A program made the translations under genes and the position numbers. From IMG/VR virus record IMGVR_UViG_3300037506_000022, positions 1 through 29,950 of that record: 29,950 bases of DNA, one strand, 5' to 3'. A model generated the notes under the pieces. That model was not told the origin of the DNA, made no database searches, and was given only the letters and a program-made list of their open reading frames with translations. How positions within the stretch are numbered: the stretch's first letter is position 1; every line of letters starts with the position of its first letter. This DNA comes from a virus. Lineage: Duplodnaviria; Caudoviricetes. Positions 18,749-26,789 of the stretch are shown here, one piece after another.

Positions 18749-19060
18749 TTATACAATATTAAACATTTCATACAATTCCATATCTTGCAGTTCTAAGGTA
18801 TTAGTTTTATTTTTTGATTGTAATGCTTCTCTGATACATGCTAATTCTGCTTCTTCGAAATCAACTTCGATATTTTGTACCTTGTCTTTATCCCATTGAA
18901 CAGTATTGTTCTCTGCAACTTTAATATTCCACTCTGTAATTTCTTGTGGTGTTAGAGTTGTTTTTTGTAAGATTGATTTAATCAAAATAAGATCTGTATA
19001 CTTTCCTTTCTGTGGTAAAATAGTGCCTATTCTAATCCTGTGAACAATTGACAATTGCAT
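18749..19060 (-). CDS. Hypothetical protein, possibly a fibre-assembly chaperone-type helical protein, 103 aa
   Basis: First gene after the late promoter; function is a weak guess from sequence pattern. Confidence 0.55.
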   Translation of the reverse strand: MQLSIVHRIRIGTILPQKGKYTDLILIKSILQKTTLTPQEITEWNIKVAENNTVQWDKDKVQNIEVDFEEAELACIREALQSKNKTNTLELQDMELYEMFNIV

Positions 19061-19139
19061 ATATACTTATATTAAGCTATTAAATATATGTATCTTTCCT
19101 CACCACACAATATGTAAAGAAAGTTTGATATCTAATTTA

Positions 19140-19168
19140 ATTATATTATCAATTAACTATATAGTCAA
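19140..19168 (-). promoter_or_regulatory. Sigma70-type promoter for the packaging/structural operon
   Basis: Minus strand TTGACT-N17-TATAAT. Confidence 0.7.
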
Positions 19169-19347
19169 AACTTTTTAATTGTTTTATCAATTACTTGAGT
19201 TGCAATTTGTTTGATTATTTTGTCCCACTGTCTTTGTAATTCATACAAATCTTGAATTGTTAAATCTTCAATTGGTGTGTTAGCTGTGACAGATACAATG
19301 AACTTATTTTTAATATTGTGATACATACCAAGATTATACTGTGACAA
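19165..19347 (-). CDS. Hypothetical protein, 60 aa
   Basis: TTG start, co-oriented and gap-filling. Confidence 0.45.
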   Translation of the reverse strand: MSQYNLGMYHNIKNKFIVSVTANTPIEDLTIQDLYELQRQWDKIIKQIATQVIDKTIKKF

Positions 19348-19364
19348 TACGAATATGTAAAATA

Positions 19365-19778
19365 TTATAGTTCGACATTCAATTCCCTGCTTAATTCACT
19401 ATAGTTTTTTTTCATTTCTTGTTCAGGAATATATTCGTCGCCAAAATTATATTGTTTCGCTTTCTCTAAAATTTCGTCACTTAAATCATCCGAATAAATG
19501 AACTTGGTATCTCTATTCCATTTTTTCTTTTGTGCCTTTGCGATTGCAATTTTGAAATTGTAATACCGAATTGGCATATCAATTGCTCGCGCTTCCATTT
19601 TATTCTGATAATTATTGCTATATGCTTTTACGGTTTGCAAGAGAAACACCCAATCCTTACTTTCGGCACTGTAATAAAATCCAAGCAATTGTTTATTTTG
19701 TGAATACCATGTATACGACATACGCCCAAGTGGCGTAGATATATAACTCACCCCCTTAAATGTAAACTTGCTAGCCAT
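19365..19778 (-). CDS. Hypothetical protein downstream of the initiator, 137 aa
   Basis: ATG start 5 nt after the initiator stop; no ATPase motifs. Confidence 0.65.
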   Translation of the reverse strand: MASKFTFKGVSYISTPLGRMSYTWYSQNKQLLGFYYSAESKDWVFLLQTVKAYSNNYQNKMEARAIDMPIRYYNFKIAIAKAQKKKWNRDTKFIYSDDLSDEILEKAKQYNFGDEYIPEQEMKKNYSELSRELNVEL

Positions 19779-19783
19779 AATAA

Positions 19784-20689
19784 TTAATTAAATGATATTT
19801 TATTTTGCCAGTCATCAACCAATTGCGGAAGTTTGCCTTCCGCCACAACTACACATTGATTTGCAAGTAACTCGTCTCTTTCTCTCTCCGAAAAATACAA
19901 ACCACCAATCTTGATTGGCTTGTTGTTTGACCAATTGCGCCGATTAATTTGTGTTTGTTGACCTAACAATATTCCTTTTTCGATTTGTTCGTCTGAACGA
20001 ATAATAAAATCTAAATCTACTTTCCATTCTCGATCATTCTTACCTCGATAAAATGGGGAATTAGCATAATTAACTATAGCTGTTTTAATTTCCTGAAGAG
20101 TGAAAACTTTAAGGCGCGCCCGAATATGCTGCTTTCTTTTATCTGACATTACTAGAACTTTCGTGTTAAATAATTTTTCAAAAATAAAAACTATTTCTTG
20201 TATATTATTATCATTATTATCATTATTATCATTATTATCATTATTATCATTATTATCATTATTGTTTGTGTCACTCTGTTGTTGCTCTGTTGTCACTCTG
20301 TTGTCACTCTGTTGTCGCTCTGTTGTCACTCTGTTGTCACTCTGTTGTCCAAACTGTTGTTTAACGAACTGGTATTGATTGTAGTTTTTAATTGTAATAA
20401 GCCGAAATTTCGTTGTCTTTTGTTGTTCAATTTGTTGTTCAGTTTCGAGGTAAGTCAAGATGTTTTCGACACTAGACTCTTTCACTCCTGTTTGCCGAGC
20501 TAACTCTTTTCTGCCAGTTAAAACTTGCCCACGCATACAAATTTGTTTTTGGTTGTCCCAGATGAAACTATTATCCTCATGGTTTGCTAATAATAATAAA
20601 GTTACCCACACCGATAAATAATGTGGCTTGCGACTTATTGGGTTGTCTAAGATTTTTCGATGAATACTAATCCATCCGTGGTTTTTCAT
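19784..20689 (-). CDS. Phage replication initiator (lambda O/replisome-organiser-like), 301 aa
   Basis: GWISIHRKIL...WVTLLLLANH...RGQVLTGRKELA winged helix, ITIKNYNQYQ, repeat linker, C-terminal RKQHIRARL...FYRGKNDREWKVDLDFI. Confidence 0.85.
   Translation of the reverse strand: MKNHGWISIHRKILDNPISRKPHYLSVWVTLLLLANHEDNSFIWDNQKQICMRGQVLTGRKELARQTGVKESSVENILTYLETEQQIEQQKTTKFRLITIKNYNQYQFVKQQFGQQSDNRVTTERQQSDNRVTTEQQQSDTNNNDNNDNNDNNDNNDNNDNNIQEIVFIFEKLFNTKVLVMSDKRKQHIRARLKVFTLQEIKTAIVNYANSPFYRGKNDREWKVDLDFIIRSDEQIEKGILLGQQTQINRRNWSNNKPIKIGGLYFSERERDELLANQCVVVAEGKLPQLVDDWQNKISFN
20204..20257. repeat. (ATTATTATC)x6 AT-rich tandem repeat; candidate DNA-unwinding element
   Basis: Six perfect 9-mers encoding NND repeats, next to the iterons. 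Confidence 0.85.
20269..20345. repeat. Seven tandem 11-bp TGTCACTCTGT iteron-like repeats; candidate replication origin
   Basis: Five exact and two variant copies inside the initiator gene, as with lambda ori inside gene O. Confidence 0.8.
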
Positions 20690-20825
20690 TGTTTTGTTTG
20701 GTTAGATTAAGTTTCAGCTCTCTCTTGTATCCATAGGTAATATTATTTACCGTATCAATAAAAGATAAATCCCCTTGCTCATAATAATGAGTAATAGCTG
20801 TTAGTACTTCTGCTCTTGTTAGCAT
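20667..20825 (-). CDS. Small hypothetical protein, 52 aa (MLTRAEVLTAITHYYEQG...)
   Basis: Hand-translated; first ORF after the leftward promoter and overlaps the initiator start. Confidence 0.5.
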   Translation of the reverse strand: MLTRAEVLTAITHYYEQGDLSFIDTVNNITYGYKRELKLNLTKQNNEKPRMD

Positions 20826-20863
20826 GGTTTTTTTAGGTTAAGTTAATGACAAATGTTACTTAT

Positions 20864-20892
20864 ATTATATAGGTTTGTCACCCGAAAATCAA
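20864..20892 (-). promoter_or_regulatory. Leftward sigma70 promoter (replication arm)
   Basis: TTGATT-N17-TATAAT on the minus strand. Confidence 0.7.
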
Positions 20893-20905
20893 TATCACTT
20901 TTCTG

Positions 20906-20934
20906 TTGACTTTCTTTGTCGAACCTGTTATTGT
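20906..20934 (+). promoter_or_regulatory. Rightward sigma70 promoter (recombination arm)
   Basis: TTGACT-N17-TATTGT with extended -10 TG. Confidence 0.65.
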
Positions 20935-20964
20935 GAATGCGTATTTATTATTTAATTCATTTTT

Positions 20965-21243
20965 ATGAATAACACACACACCCCTCTCCAAAGTAAATGG
21001 GAGAAAGTTGATAATATCCTCGCCCTTATGGAACATGGGGATACAGTAGCACTACTTAGATATATTACGGAGGAGCAACTCGGACTTGATTTTTTGGAGA
21101 TGGCTTTAGAAGAATACGACAATACTATCTTGGAAGATACCAAAGAGGAGGCTTTGTCTGGTGAGATTAGGTATACCAAGCAAGATATGGTGGACGCTCT
21201 ATCCTATTTCGGTGGATTCATTAACAAACCAGATTATGAATAA
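20965..21243 (+). CDS. Acidic hypothetical protein, 92 aa
   Basis: First ORF of the rightward arm; D/E-rich. Confidence 0.7.
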   Translation: MNNTHTPLQSKWEKVDNILALMEHGDTVALLRYITEEQLGLDFLEMALEEYDNTILEDTKEEALSGEIRYTKQDMVDALSYFGGFINKPDYE

Positions 21244-21721
21244 AGCAAAAACAATCAATCTAAAAGGTAAAGAATATGCTACTGTTGCAGAACGAATACG
21301 ATTATTTCGTGAAGCATGTCCTAATGGTCTCATAGAGACAACACCAATATTCCAACCTGACGGACAAATTCTATTTACTGCTAGAGTTTTAAAGGATAAA
21401 GCTAATCCAACAAGCGGTGAAGCTACAGGGCATTCAATAGGAAAAGGAACGGCCGACAAGGTACTCGAACGACTGGAGACGGTATCAGTCGGGAGAGCGT
21501 TAGCCATGCTAGGCTATCTTGCAAGTGGCGAGATTGCCTCAGGCGAAGAGATGGAATCCTTTTATCAGTATCGTACCGAAAAAATAGAACAAGCGAAATT
21601 AGACTTATTGGCATGTACTACATTACAAGACCTCAAAAGGGTATTCCTTTCGCTCGGAACATTAATGAGCGAACCTGGTCTCATAAAGATTAAAGAAGAA
21701 TTAAAACTTAAACTTAAATAA
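21236..21721 (+). CDS. Single-strand annealing protein (Rad52/Sak-like), 161 aa
   Basis: Start moved to ATG 21236; LKGKEYATVAERI...ATGHS...ERLETVSVGRALAMLG...IASGEEM; adjacent to an exonuclease. Confidence 0.65.
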   Translation: MNKAKTINLKGKEYATVAERIRLFREACPNGLIETTPIFQPDGQILFTARVLKDKANPTSGEATGHSIGKGTADKVLERLETVSVGRALAMLGYLASGEIASGEEMESFYQYRTEKIEQAKLDLLACTTLQDLKRVFLSLGTLMSEPGLIKIKEELKLKLK

Positions 21722-21723
21722 AA

Positions 21724-22338
21724 ATGGATATTATACAAGTACAACAAAATACAGATGAATGGTTAGAGTTGAGAAGATCGAAGCTAACGGGGAGTAAGCT
21801 CAAAGACATCATTGTCAAGCGTGGCAACGGCAAGAAGATAGGCTTCTGGCAATTGGTGGCTGATAGATTAGCAGTGAATTCACAAGAAGACCCAATAGAT
21901 AGAGGGCATAAACTGGAAGACGAAGCAATACAAGAGTTCGAGAAAGCAACAGGTAAAACAGTGGAACGGGTAGGATTGTGTGTGTCCAGCCTACATCCAG
22001 ATATAGCAATCTCACCTGATGGATTGGTGAAGGACGAAGCAGGTAACTACACGGAAGGCGTAGAGGTTAAATGCTTGTCTTCCGCTCGACATTTAGAAGC
22101 GTACTTCACAAAACAAATACCAGGCGAATACGAAGGACAGATTGCTCAATACTTCATTGTATGTCCAACAATCCGTGAAGTACATGTTGTGTTTTATGAT
22201 GACCGTGTCACTGCCAAACCTTACTTCACTTTATCCGTAACAAGAGATGATTACAATAAGGAGATAGCATTTTATCAAGATTACGAATTACGGGTGCTAG
22301 CTGAAGTAGATCAACTTGTTGAATCACTAATGTTCTAA
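21724..22338 (+). CDS. YqaJ/lambda-exonuclease family protein, 204 aa
   Basis: QNTDEWLELRRSKLTGS, RGHKLE, SPDG, EVKC, YEGQIAQ motifs. Confidence 0.9.
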   Translation: MDIIQVQQNTDEWLELRRSKLTGSKLKDIIVKRGNGKKIGFWQLVADRLAVNSQEDPIDRGHKLEDEAIQEFEKATGKTVERVGLCVSSLHPDIAISPDGLVKDEAGNYTEGVEVKCLSSARHLEAYFTKQIPGEYEGQIAQYFIVCPTIREVHVVFYDDRVTAKPYFTLSVTRDDYNKEIAFYQDYELRVLAEVDQLVESLMF

Positions 22339-22748
22339 TGATGATTCCAGTTTTTACAGGCAAAATCAATAATGGAAAACCAAAGCTAGACCAACCTGAA
22401 TTATTCGAGTTATGGCCTGGACAATTCAAGGAAGGTGATAAGATGGCGTATAGGGTGACTAAGGTGCAGAAGAGAAGGAGTACCCCGCAAAATAGTTATC
22501 TTTGGGGCGTAGTATACGCTTTAATATCCCAACATACGGGCTATACAATCGAAGAAGTACACGAAGCTATGGGATTCCAATTCCGCAAGATAGCCAACAG
22601 CCCAATGATACGCATAAGATCAACAACAACAATGTCCACTGTGGAATTTGAAGAATATACAGCAAAGGTGCGGGCATGGGCAAGTTCTGAATTAAATATC
22701 TATATTCCGAACCCGAATGATATAACACCCGATTATCTAACCAAGTAA
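22338..22748 (+). CDS. NinB-like recombination accessory protein, 136 aa
   Basis: RSTPQNSYLWG...EEVHE...STTTMSTVEFEEY...IPNP. Confidence 0.7.
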   Translation: MMIPVFTGKINNGKPKLDQPELFELWPGQFKEGDKMAYRVTKVQKRRSTPQNSYLWGVVYALISQHTGYTIEEVHEAMGFQFRKIANSPMIRIRSTTTMSTVEFEEYTAKVRAWASSELNIYIPNPNDITPDYLTK

Positions 22749-22750
22749 CA

Positions 22751-23023
22751 ATGTTCAAAACTAATGACACCATTCTAATATCCTACTTAACCCTAATTGG
22801 CTTCAACCACGAGAAGCACACAATCACCACTGGATTCGACAAGAACGGGGAGGTAGGACAACAGGTGTATCTATATTATGACGAGACCCCAGAATTACAA
22901 GAAGCCATTATGTCATTTGCTTCGATGGAGGCACGAGTAGAACCGCAGAGCTTCATCAGAACTTATAAAAACTACAATTATAAGTTCGGTAAAGCCAAAC
23001 AGTATGGTGATTTTAAAATATAA
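22751..23023 (+). CDS. DUF5659-like small protein, 90 aa
   Basis: FKTNDTILISYL...GF...VYLYY...VEPQSF pattern. Confidence 0.55.
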   Translation: MFKTNDTILISYLTLIGFNHEKHTITTGFDKNGEVGQQVYLYYDETPELQEAIMSFASMEARVEPQSFIRTYKNYNYKFGKAKQYGDFKI

Positions 23024-23050
23024 AAGGTAGTTATGTATATATTAATATAC

Positions 23051-23079
23051 TTTACTTTGCTATGATGGTCTGTTATAAT
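23051..23079 (+). promoter_or_regulatory. Internal sigma70 promoter with extended -10
   Basis: TTTACT-N17-TATAAT with TG at 23071-72. Confidence 0.55.
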
Positions 23080-23110
23080 AGATATGTATTTATTATTTAA
23101 TTTATCAAAA

Positions 23111-23497
23111 ATGAAAATACAACAGTATATAGGGAATGTCTTCGATAAACACTCAGGGGCGTTCAAGTTAATCGTTGCCACTACGATAATTGTAGCTATG
23201 GCATGGGGATTCACTGCCCTAGCGAGTGCAACACTGGGTGAAGAATTAACATTCGCCGAAAAGGAACAAGTGAGGGCGGAGCGATTACTTGTGGAGATTA
23301 CCCCCTCGCTACGAACTACGTATTGCTTGCCTAGAATAGCGGACATACAGGACAAGATCGACCTATATGCCAAGCTCGATGAGGTGGTGGAAGTGAAGAC
23401 CTTAGAATTGCAGAAAGAAGCTATCCTCAGGGATTGTCCTAAGTACGCAATTGAGGCTCTTAGTTCTTTTACGCCGTCAACGAAGACTCAAAAATAG
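23111..23497 (+). CDS. Exported or membrane-anchored helical protein, 128 aa; probable N-terminal half of a frameshift fusion
   Basis: ATG 23111 (alternative 23084); hydrophobic KLIVATTIIVAMAWGFTALASA ending in an AxA site, then coiled coil with two Cys. Confidence 0.7.
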   Translation: MKIQQYIGNVFDKHSGAFKLIVATTIIVAMAWGFTALASATLGEELTFAEKEQVRAERLLVEITPSLRTTYCLPRIADIQDKIDLYAKLDEVVEVKTLELQKEAILRDCPKYAIEALSSFTPSTKTQK

Positions 23498-23961
23498 ATA
23501 ACCCACTAAATAATGGAATATCGAAATTACAACACGGAGAATTACGAGGAAGTGCGAGCGAGGTACATAATACGGCGAGCATTCCAGTACAGCCCACAAT
23601 TGCAGGACATGTTGATAAGAATAATAACGAAGCGATACATCAGGAAGCAGAAAGGGCTGACCTAGATAAGCTAGCCTACGCCGTAGCGAAGCATGAGACG
23701 GCAGATTGCACTAAGGGTTACGGAGCGGAATATAACAATTGCCACGGTATTAAGAACGGAAGCATAGCTCCATGCGAACGAATAGGACGCAATAAGATGT
23801 GTATATATAACAACAAAGAAGAGAGCTATGAAGCATTCAAGAGGGTATGGTTATATGGGTACGGGGGAAGAGTACCAACAATCAAAGACGCACAAGTGTA
23901 TTCAGGTTATGATAGATCATCTATATGGAGAACGAACGTATTACAATTTTATAATCAATAA
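23464..23961 (+). CDS. Hidden lysozyme-fold (GH73 glucosaminidase-like) ORF lacking a canonical start, in the -1 frame of the upstream gene
   Basis: 165 open codons between TAG 23461-63 and TAA 23959-61; contains LDKLAYAVAKHETADCTKGYGAEYNNCHGIK...YNNKEESYEAF...YSG...WRTNVLQFY; first ATG (23797) is downstream of the putative catalytic Glu. Confidence 0.7.
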   Translation, partial: FFYAVNEDSKIDNPLNNGISKLQHGELRGSASEVHNTASIPVQPTIAGHVDKNNNEAIHQEAERADLDKLAYAVAKHETADCTKGYGAEYNNCHGIKNGSIAPCERIGRNKMCIYNNKEESYEAFKRVWLYGYGGRVPTIKDAQVYSGYDRSSIWRTNVLQFYNQ

Positions 23962-23986
23962 ATATCAAGTACCTACAAAACACAAT

Positions 23987-24196
23987 ATGGAAGAATTAGA
24001 GGTCCATACTTGCACTAAATGGCTAACAAGATCAAATAAAAAAATGGGGAGAAGAAGTAATTATAATGACATACCAATATCTTACTCTGACCGGCTGAAG
24101 GACGCAGTGAGACGGGGCGAGATGGAAATCGAAGACGCAAATGAGTCATTGCGGAAAAACAAATTAAAACCAATATCTATTAACGATATATTATGA
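23987..24196 (+). CDS. Hypothetical protein, 69 aa
   Basis: Start moved from 23828 to ATG 23987 to clear the hidden ORF; stop overlaps the next ATG. Confidence 0.55.
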   Translation: MEELEVHTCTKWLTRSNKKMGRRSNYNDIPISYSDRLKDAVRRGEMEIEDANESLRKNKLKPISINDIL

Positions 24197-24453
24197 TTAA
24201 CAAAATAACGGTGTGTGATTTGAATTCGTGTCCATACCTCAAGGTTACTTACAGGAAGTTACCACGCTACCATGTTGAGATAGTACAAGATCGTGAGCGG
24301 TGCAATTTTTCTTTGTACTACAAAAATGATAGAATAAACATGATAACCGTAGCCAAGAACTGGCACGATATATTTAACTGGCTCGTAGATGATAACACCT
24401 TATTACTACTTGAGGGATCAGCAAAATCTCATAACATTAAAATGTCATTATGA
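24193..24453 (+). CDS. Hypothetical protein, 86 aa
   Basis: ATGA-coupled to the previous gene. Confidence 0.55.
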   Translation: MINKITVCDLNSCPYLKVTYRKLPRYHVEIVQDRERCNFSLYYKNDRINMITVAKNWHDIFNWLVDDNTLLLLEGSAKSHNIKMSL

Positions 24454-24538
24454 ATGAAACAACAGATTGCATAAAAACATTTTAATAAATCTAACTAAGA
24501 ATAACAACAAGCTTAGAATATCAATTAACTAAATAAAA

Positions 24539-26050
24539 ATGACTAAACTAGAAATAATAAAATTTGCTCAAGGCGTTGGAGTAGCTCAAGATGTTTACGA
24601 CTGGCTAGACAGGATTGTATTTGTAAGCGATAAACAATACGAACAATCCGAAATAGAACACATCTTAGATTACTTAGCTTCATACGAAAGACCTAAAAAA
24701 CTAGAAAGGGCAACTTACGAACAAATGAAAAAAAACGCCGAGAAATGGAATAAGAGTTTAATTAAAAAAGGAGAAGCTATTAAGGAATCTAATGACGATA
24801 CTAAAGTGGTATTAGATTTTAAAGATGGTTTTAAGTTCGTGAAATTGGTCGGTCGCAAAGCTTATGAAAGAGAGGGTTTTTTGATGAGGCATTGTGTCGG
24901 TTCGTATTTCGGAAAGAATGAAGAAATTTACTCGCTAAGAGATTCTGAGAATATTCCGCACGCAACCTTGTCAAGTAATTCTCAACAAATAAAAGGAAAA
25001 GGTAACGGCGTTATCCATCCCAAGTATATCAATTATGTAGTTGAATTTTTAGAGCATTTAGGTGTTGAAGTAAAAGACAGCGAAATGAAAAATATAGGTT
25101 ATGTTAATGTAAAAACAATTAAGGATGATAATATTAAATGGGATAATTTATTTCGAAAAAAATATTTTCCTAAAAATAAAGTTGGAGAAATAAAAAATAA
25201 AAAGGGCGATCCGTATCAGTCGGTTACTTTATGGAAACCTTTTTCTTTAAATTTAAATAACATTTGTAATTTTAATTTTAATATTTCGTTAAGCACTTTT
25301 ATCAATTCAAACCAAAAAATAAATAAGAACGATTCAACGGTGGCAGGTGGGGACTATTCAACGGTGGTAGGTGGGGACAGTTCAACGGTGGCAGGTGGGG
25401 ACGCTTCAACGGTGGCAGGTCGGGACTATTCAACGGTGGCAGGTCGGAACTATTCAACGGTGGCAGGTGGGGACTATTCAACGGTGGCAGGTCGGAACTA
25501 TTCAACGATGGCAGGTCGGGACTATTCAACGGTGGCAGGTCGGAACTATTCAACGGTGGCAGGTGGGGACGATTCAACGGTGGCAGGTGGGAACGATTCA
25601 ACGGTGGCAGGTCGGGACAGTTCAACGGTGGCAGGTCGGAACTATTCAACGGTGGCAGGTCGGAACTATTCAACGGTGGTAGGTGGGGACTATTCAACGG
25701 TGGCAGGTCGGAACTATTCAACGGTGGTAGGTGGGGACGATTCAACGGTGGCAGGTCGGGACGGTTTAGTTTTAGTCGGAGGCAATAACACTATTGTAGT
25801 GGGTAGAATAAACTGTATGGCAATGGCAGGTATTAATTCCGTTATAGTGTTAGCGTATATGCTAAAAAATGATATTCAAACAACTACTATTGTAATTGAT
25901 GGAATAAAATACAAAGAAAACACTTTATACAAATTAGATGATATAGGGGGTGTTGTTGAGGTAGAAATGACCGAAGCAATTTCTATGAAATTAAGGACAG
26001 TTAAAGAAGCAAAGGAAAATATTGATAACCTAGCAAAATTTTATGACTAA
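24539..26050 (+). CDS. PcfJ-like domain fused to an octapeptide-repeat beta-solenoid, 503 aa
   Basis: EGFLMRHCVGSY...IYSLRD...PHATL...QIKGKGN; 18 x STVAG(G/R)(D/N)x; C-terminal IDGIKYKENTLYKL cap. Confidence 0.75.
   Translation: MTKLEIIKFAQGVGVAQDVYDWLDRIVFVSDKQYEQSEIEHILDYLASYERPKKLERATYEQMKKNAEKWNKSLIKKGEAIKESNDDTKVVLDFKDGFKFVKLVGRKAYEREGFLMRHCVGSYFGKNEEIYSLRDSENIPHATLSSNSQQIKGKGNGVIHPKYINYVVEFLEHLGVEVKDSEMKNIGYVNVKTIKDDNIKWDNLFRKKYFPKNKVGEIKNKKGDPYQSVTLWKPFSLNLNNICNFNFNISLSTFINSNQKINKNDSTVAGGDYSTVVGGDSSTVAGGDASTVAGRDYSTVAGRNYSTVAGGDYSTVAGRNYSTMAGRDYSTVAGRNYSTVAGGDDSTVAGGNDSTVAGRDSSTVAGRNYSTVAGRNYSTVVGGDYSTVAGRNYSTVVGGDDSTVAGRDGLVLVGGNNTIVVGRINCMAMAGINSVIVLAYMLKNDIQTTTIVIDGIKYKENTLYKLDDIGGVVEVEMTEAISMKLRTVKEAKENIDNLAKFYD
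25331..25762 (+). repeat. 18 tandem 24-bp coding repeats (consensus TATTCAACGGTGGCAGGTSGGRAC)
   Basis: Directly visible; synonymous positions are invariant across units. Confidence 0.95.
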
Positions 26051-26211
26051 AAAAACTGGAAGCATATAAACAAATCAGAGTCCGGACATCCATACTATCA
26101 CAATACCCTCGGCAAATACCAAATAGAAATACACAATATGATAGAATAGACATAAGATCGCAAACGCCCTAAAGGAATTCTGAGAACAAATTTAGAACCA
26201 ATGATGTGCCA

Positions 26212-26355
26212 ATGCCAAAGTTAGACAAACAAATCGATGACTATTGTGACAAGGAGATGAACACGATCCCAGCGAAGATCACTATTGCAGTGCTAACGAT
26301 TGTGGTGAATGTTGGGTTAAAAATAAAAGAACTGTATGATAAAATAAAAAAATGA
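26212..26355 (+). CDS. Small protein with a hydrophobic segment, 47 aa
   Basis: Hand-translated MPKLDKQIDDYCDKEMNTIPAKITIAVLTIVVNVGLKIKELYDKIKK; ATGA overlap with the next gene. Confidence 0.5.
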   Translation: MPKLDKQIDDYCDKEMNTIPAKITIAVLTIVVNVGLKIKELYDKIKK

Positions 26356-26720
26356 CACTGATCTCAAAAGAAAAAATATTAGAGATAGACGCAACTCTTG
26401 AAGGCAGACCACGCAAAGACCCGTACACTAAGGAGTGGTACGAAGGCAGGATAAACCCTGTTCTAGCTCTTATTGCTTGGGAGATACGGGAAAACTTAGC
26501 TCATGTTGGAGTCCGTATGAAGATAGAACATAAGTTTAGTATAGAGCTTCCCGCTTCATCTGCTTTGCGGTTGAAAGTAAAAGAAGATTTAGCCCCTTTC
26601 CTTGAGGTAATTGGCTCGATTATCCTAAGCGAAGGAAAGCCGAACCCCGAAATGCACGGTAAAGAGTGGGACTGGAAAGTCGTTGAGATTACACACTTGC
26701 ATACACGATTAAGCCTATAA
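26352..26720 (+). CDS. Hypothetical protein, 122 aa
   Basis: ATG start, co-oriented. Confidence 0.65.
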   Translation: MTLISKEKILEIDATLEGRPRKDPYTKEWYEGRINPVLALIAWEIRENLAHVGVRMKIEHKFSIELPASSALRLKVKEDLAPFLEVIGSIILSEGKPNPEMHGKEWDWKVVEITHLHTRLSL

Positions 26721-26727
26721 CTAAGAA

Positions 26728-26761
26728 TAGCCCTTGAAGATTACTCAGCAAAGGCTATAAT
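26728..26761 (+). promoter_or_regulatory. Candidate promoter TTGAAG-N16-TATAAT overlapped by an inverted repeat
   Basis: ATAGCCCTTG...CAAAGGCTAT dyad spans the -35 to -10 region upstream of the antirepressor-like gene. Confidence 0.4.
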
Positions 26762-26789
26762 AGATTCACAATCATCTAACCCAAGTATA

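Noticed and set aside
20100-20503. Poly-Ile and LLS-repeat plus-strand ORFs
   Set aside because: Antisense readings of the origin repeats
23513-23665. 50-aa ORF MEYRNYNTENY... in the frame of the upstream gene, and the 23828 start of the next ORF
   Set aside because: Both overlap the better-supported lysozyme-like -1 frame; likely shadows, though not excluded
25302-25745. Alternative-frame ORFs 25302..25745 (-) and 25371..25682 (+)
   Set aside because: They are open only because the repeat unit lacks stops in those frames
25331-25762. 24-bp array as a CRISPR array or DGR template/variable repeat
   Set aside because: Units are contiguous with no unique spacers and are in frame within a gene; variation is not adenine-specific; no cas or reverse transcriptase gene is present
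26043-26149. Possible A7-run frameshift or pseudogene (MTKK then NWKHINKSESGHPYYH...)
   Set aside because: The product would be only ~35 aa with no recognisable motif; insufficient support
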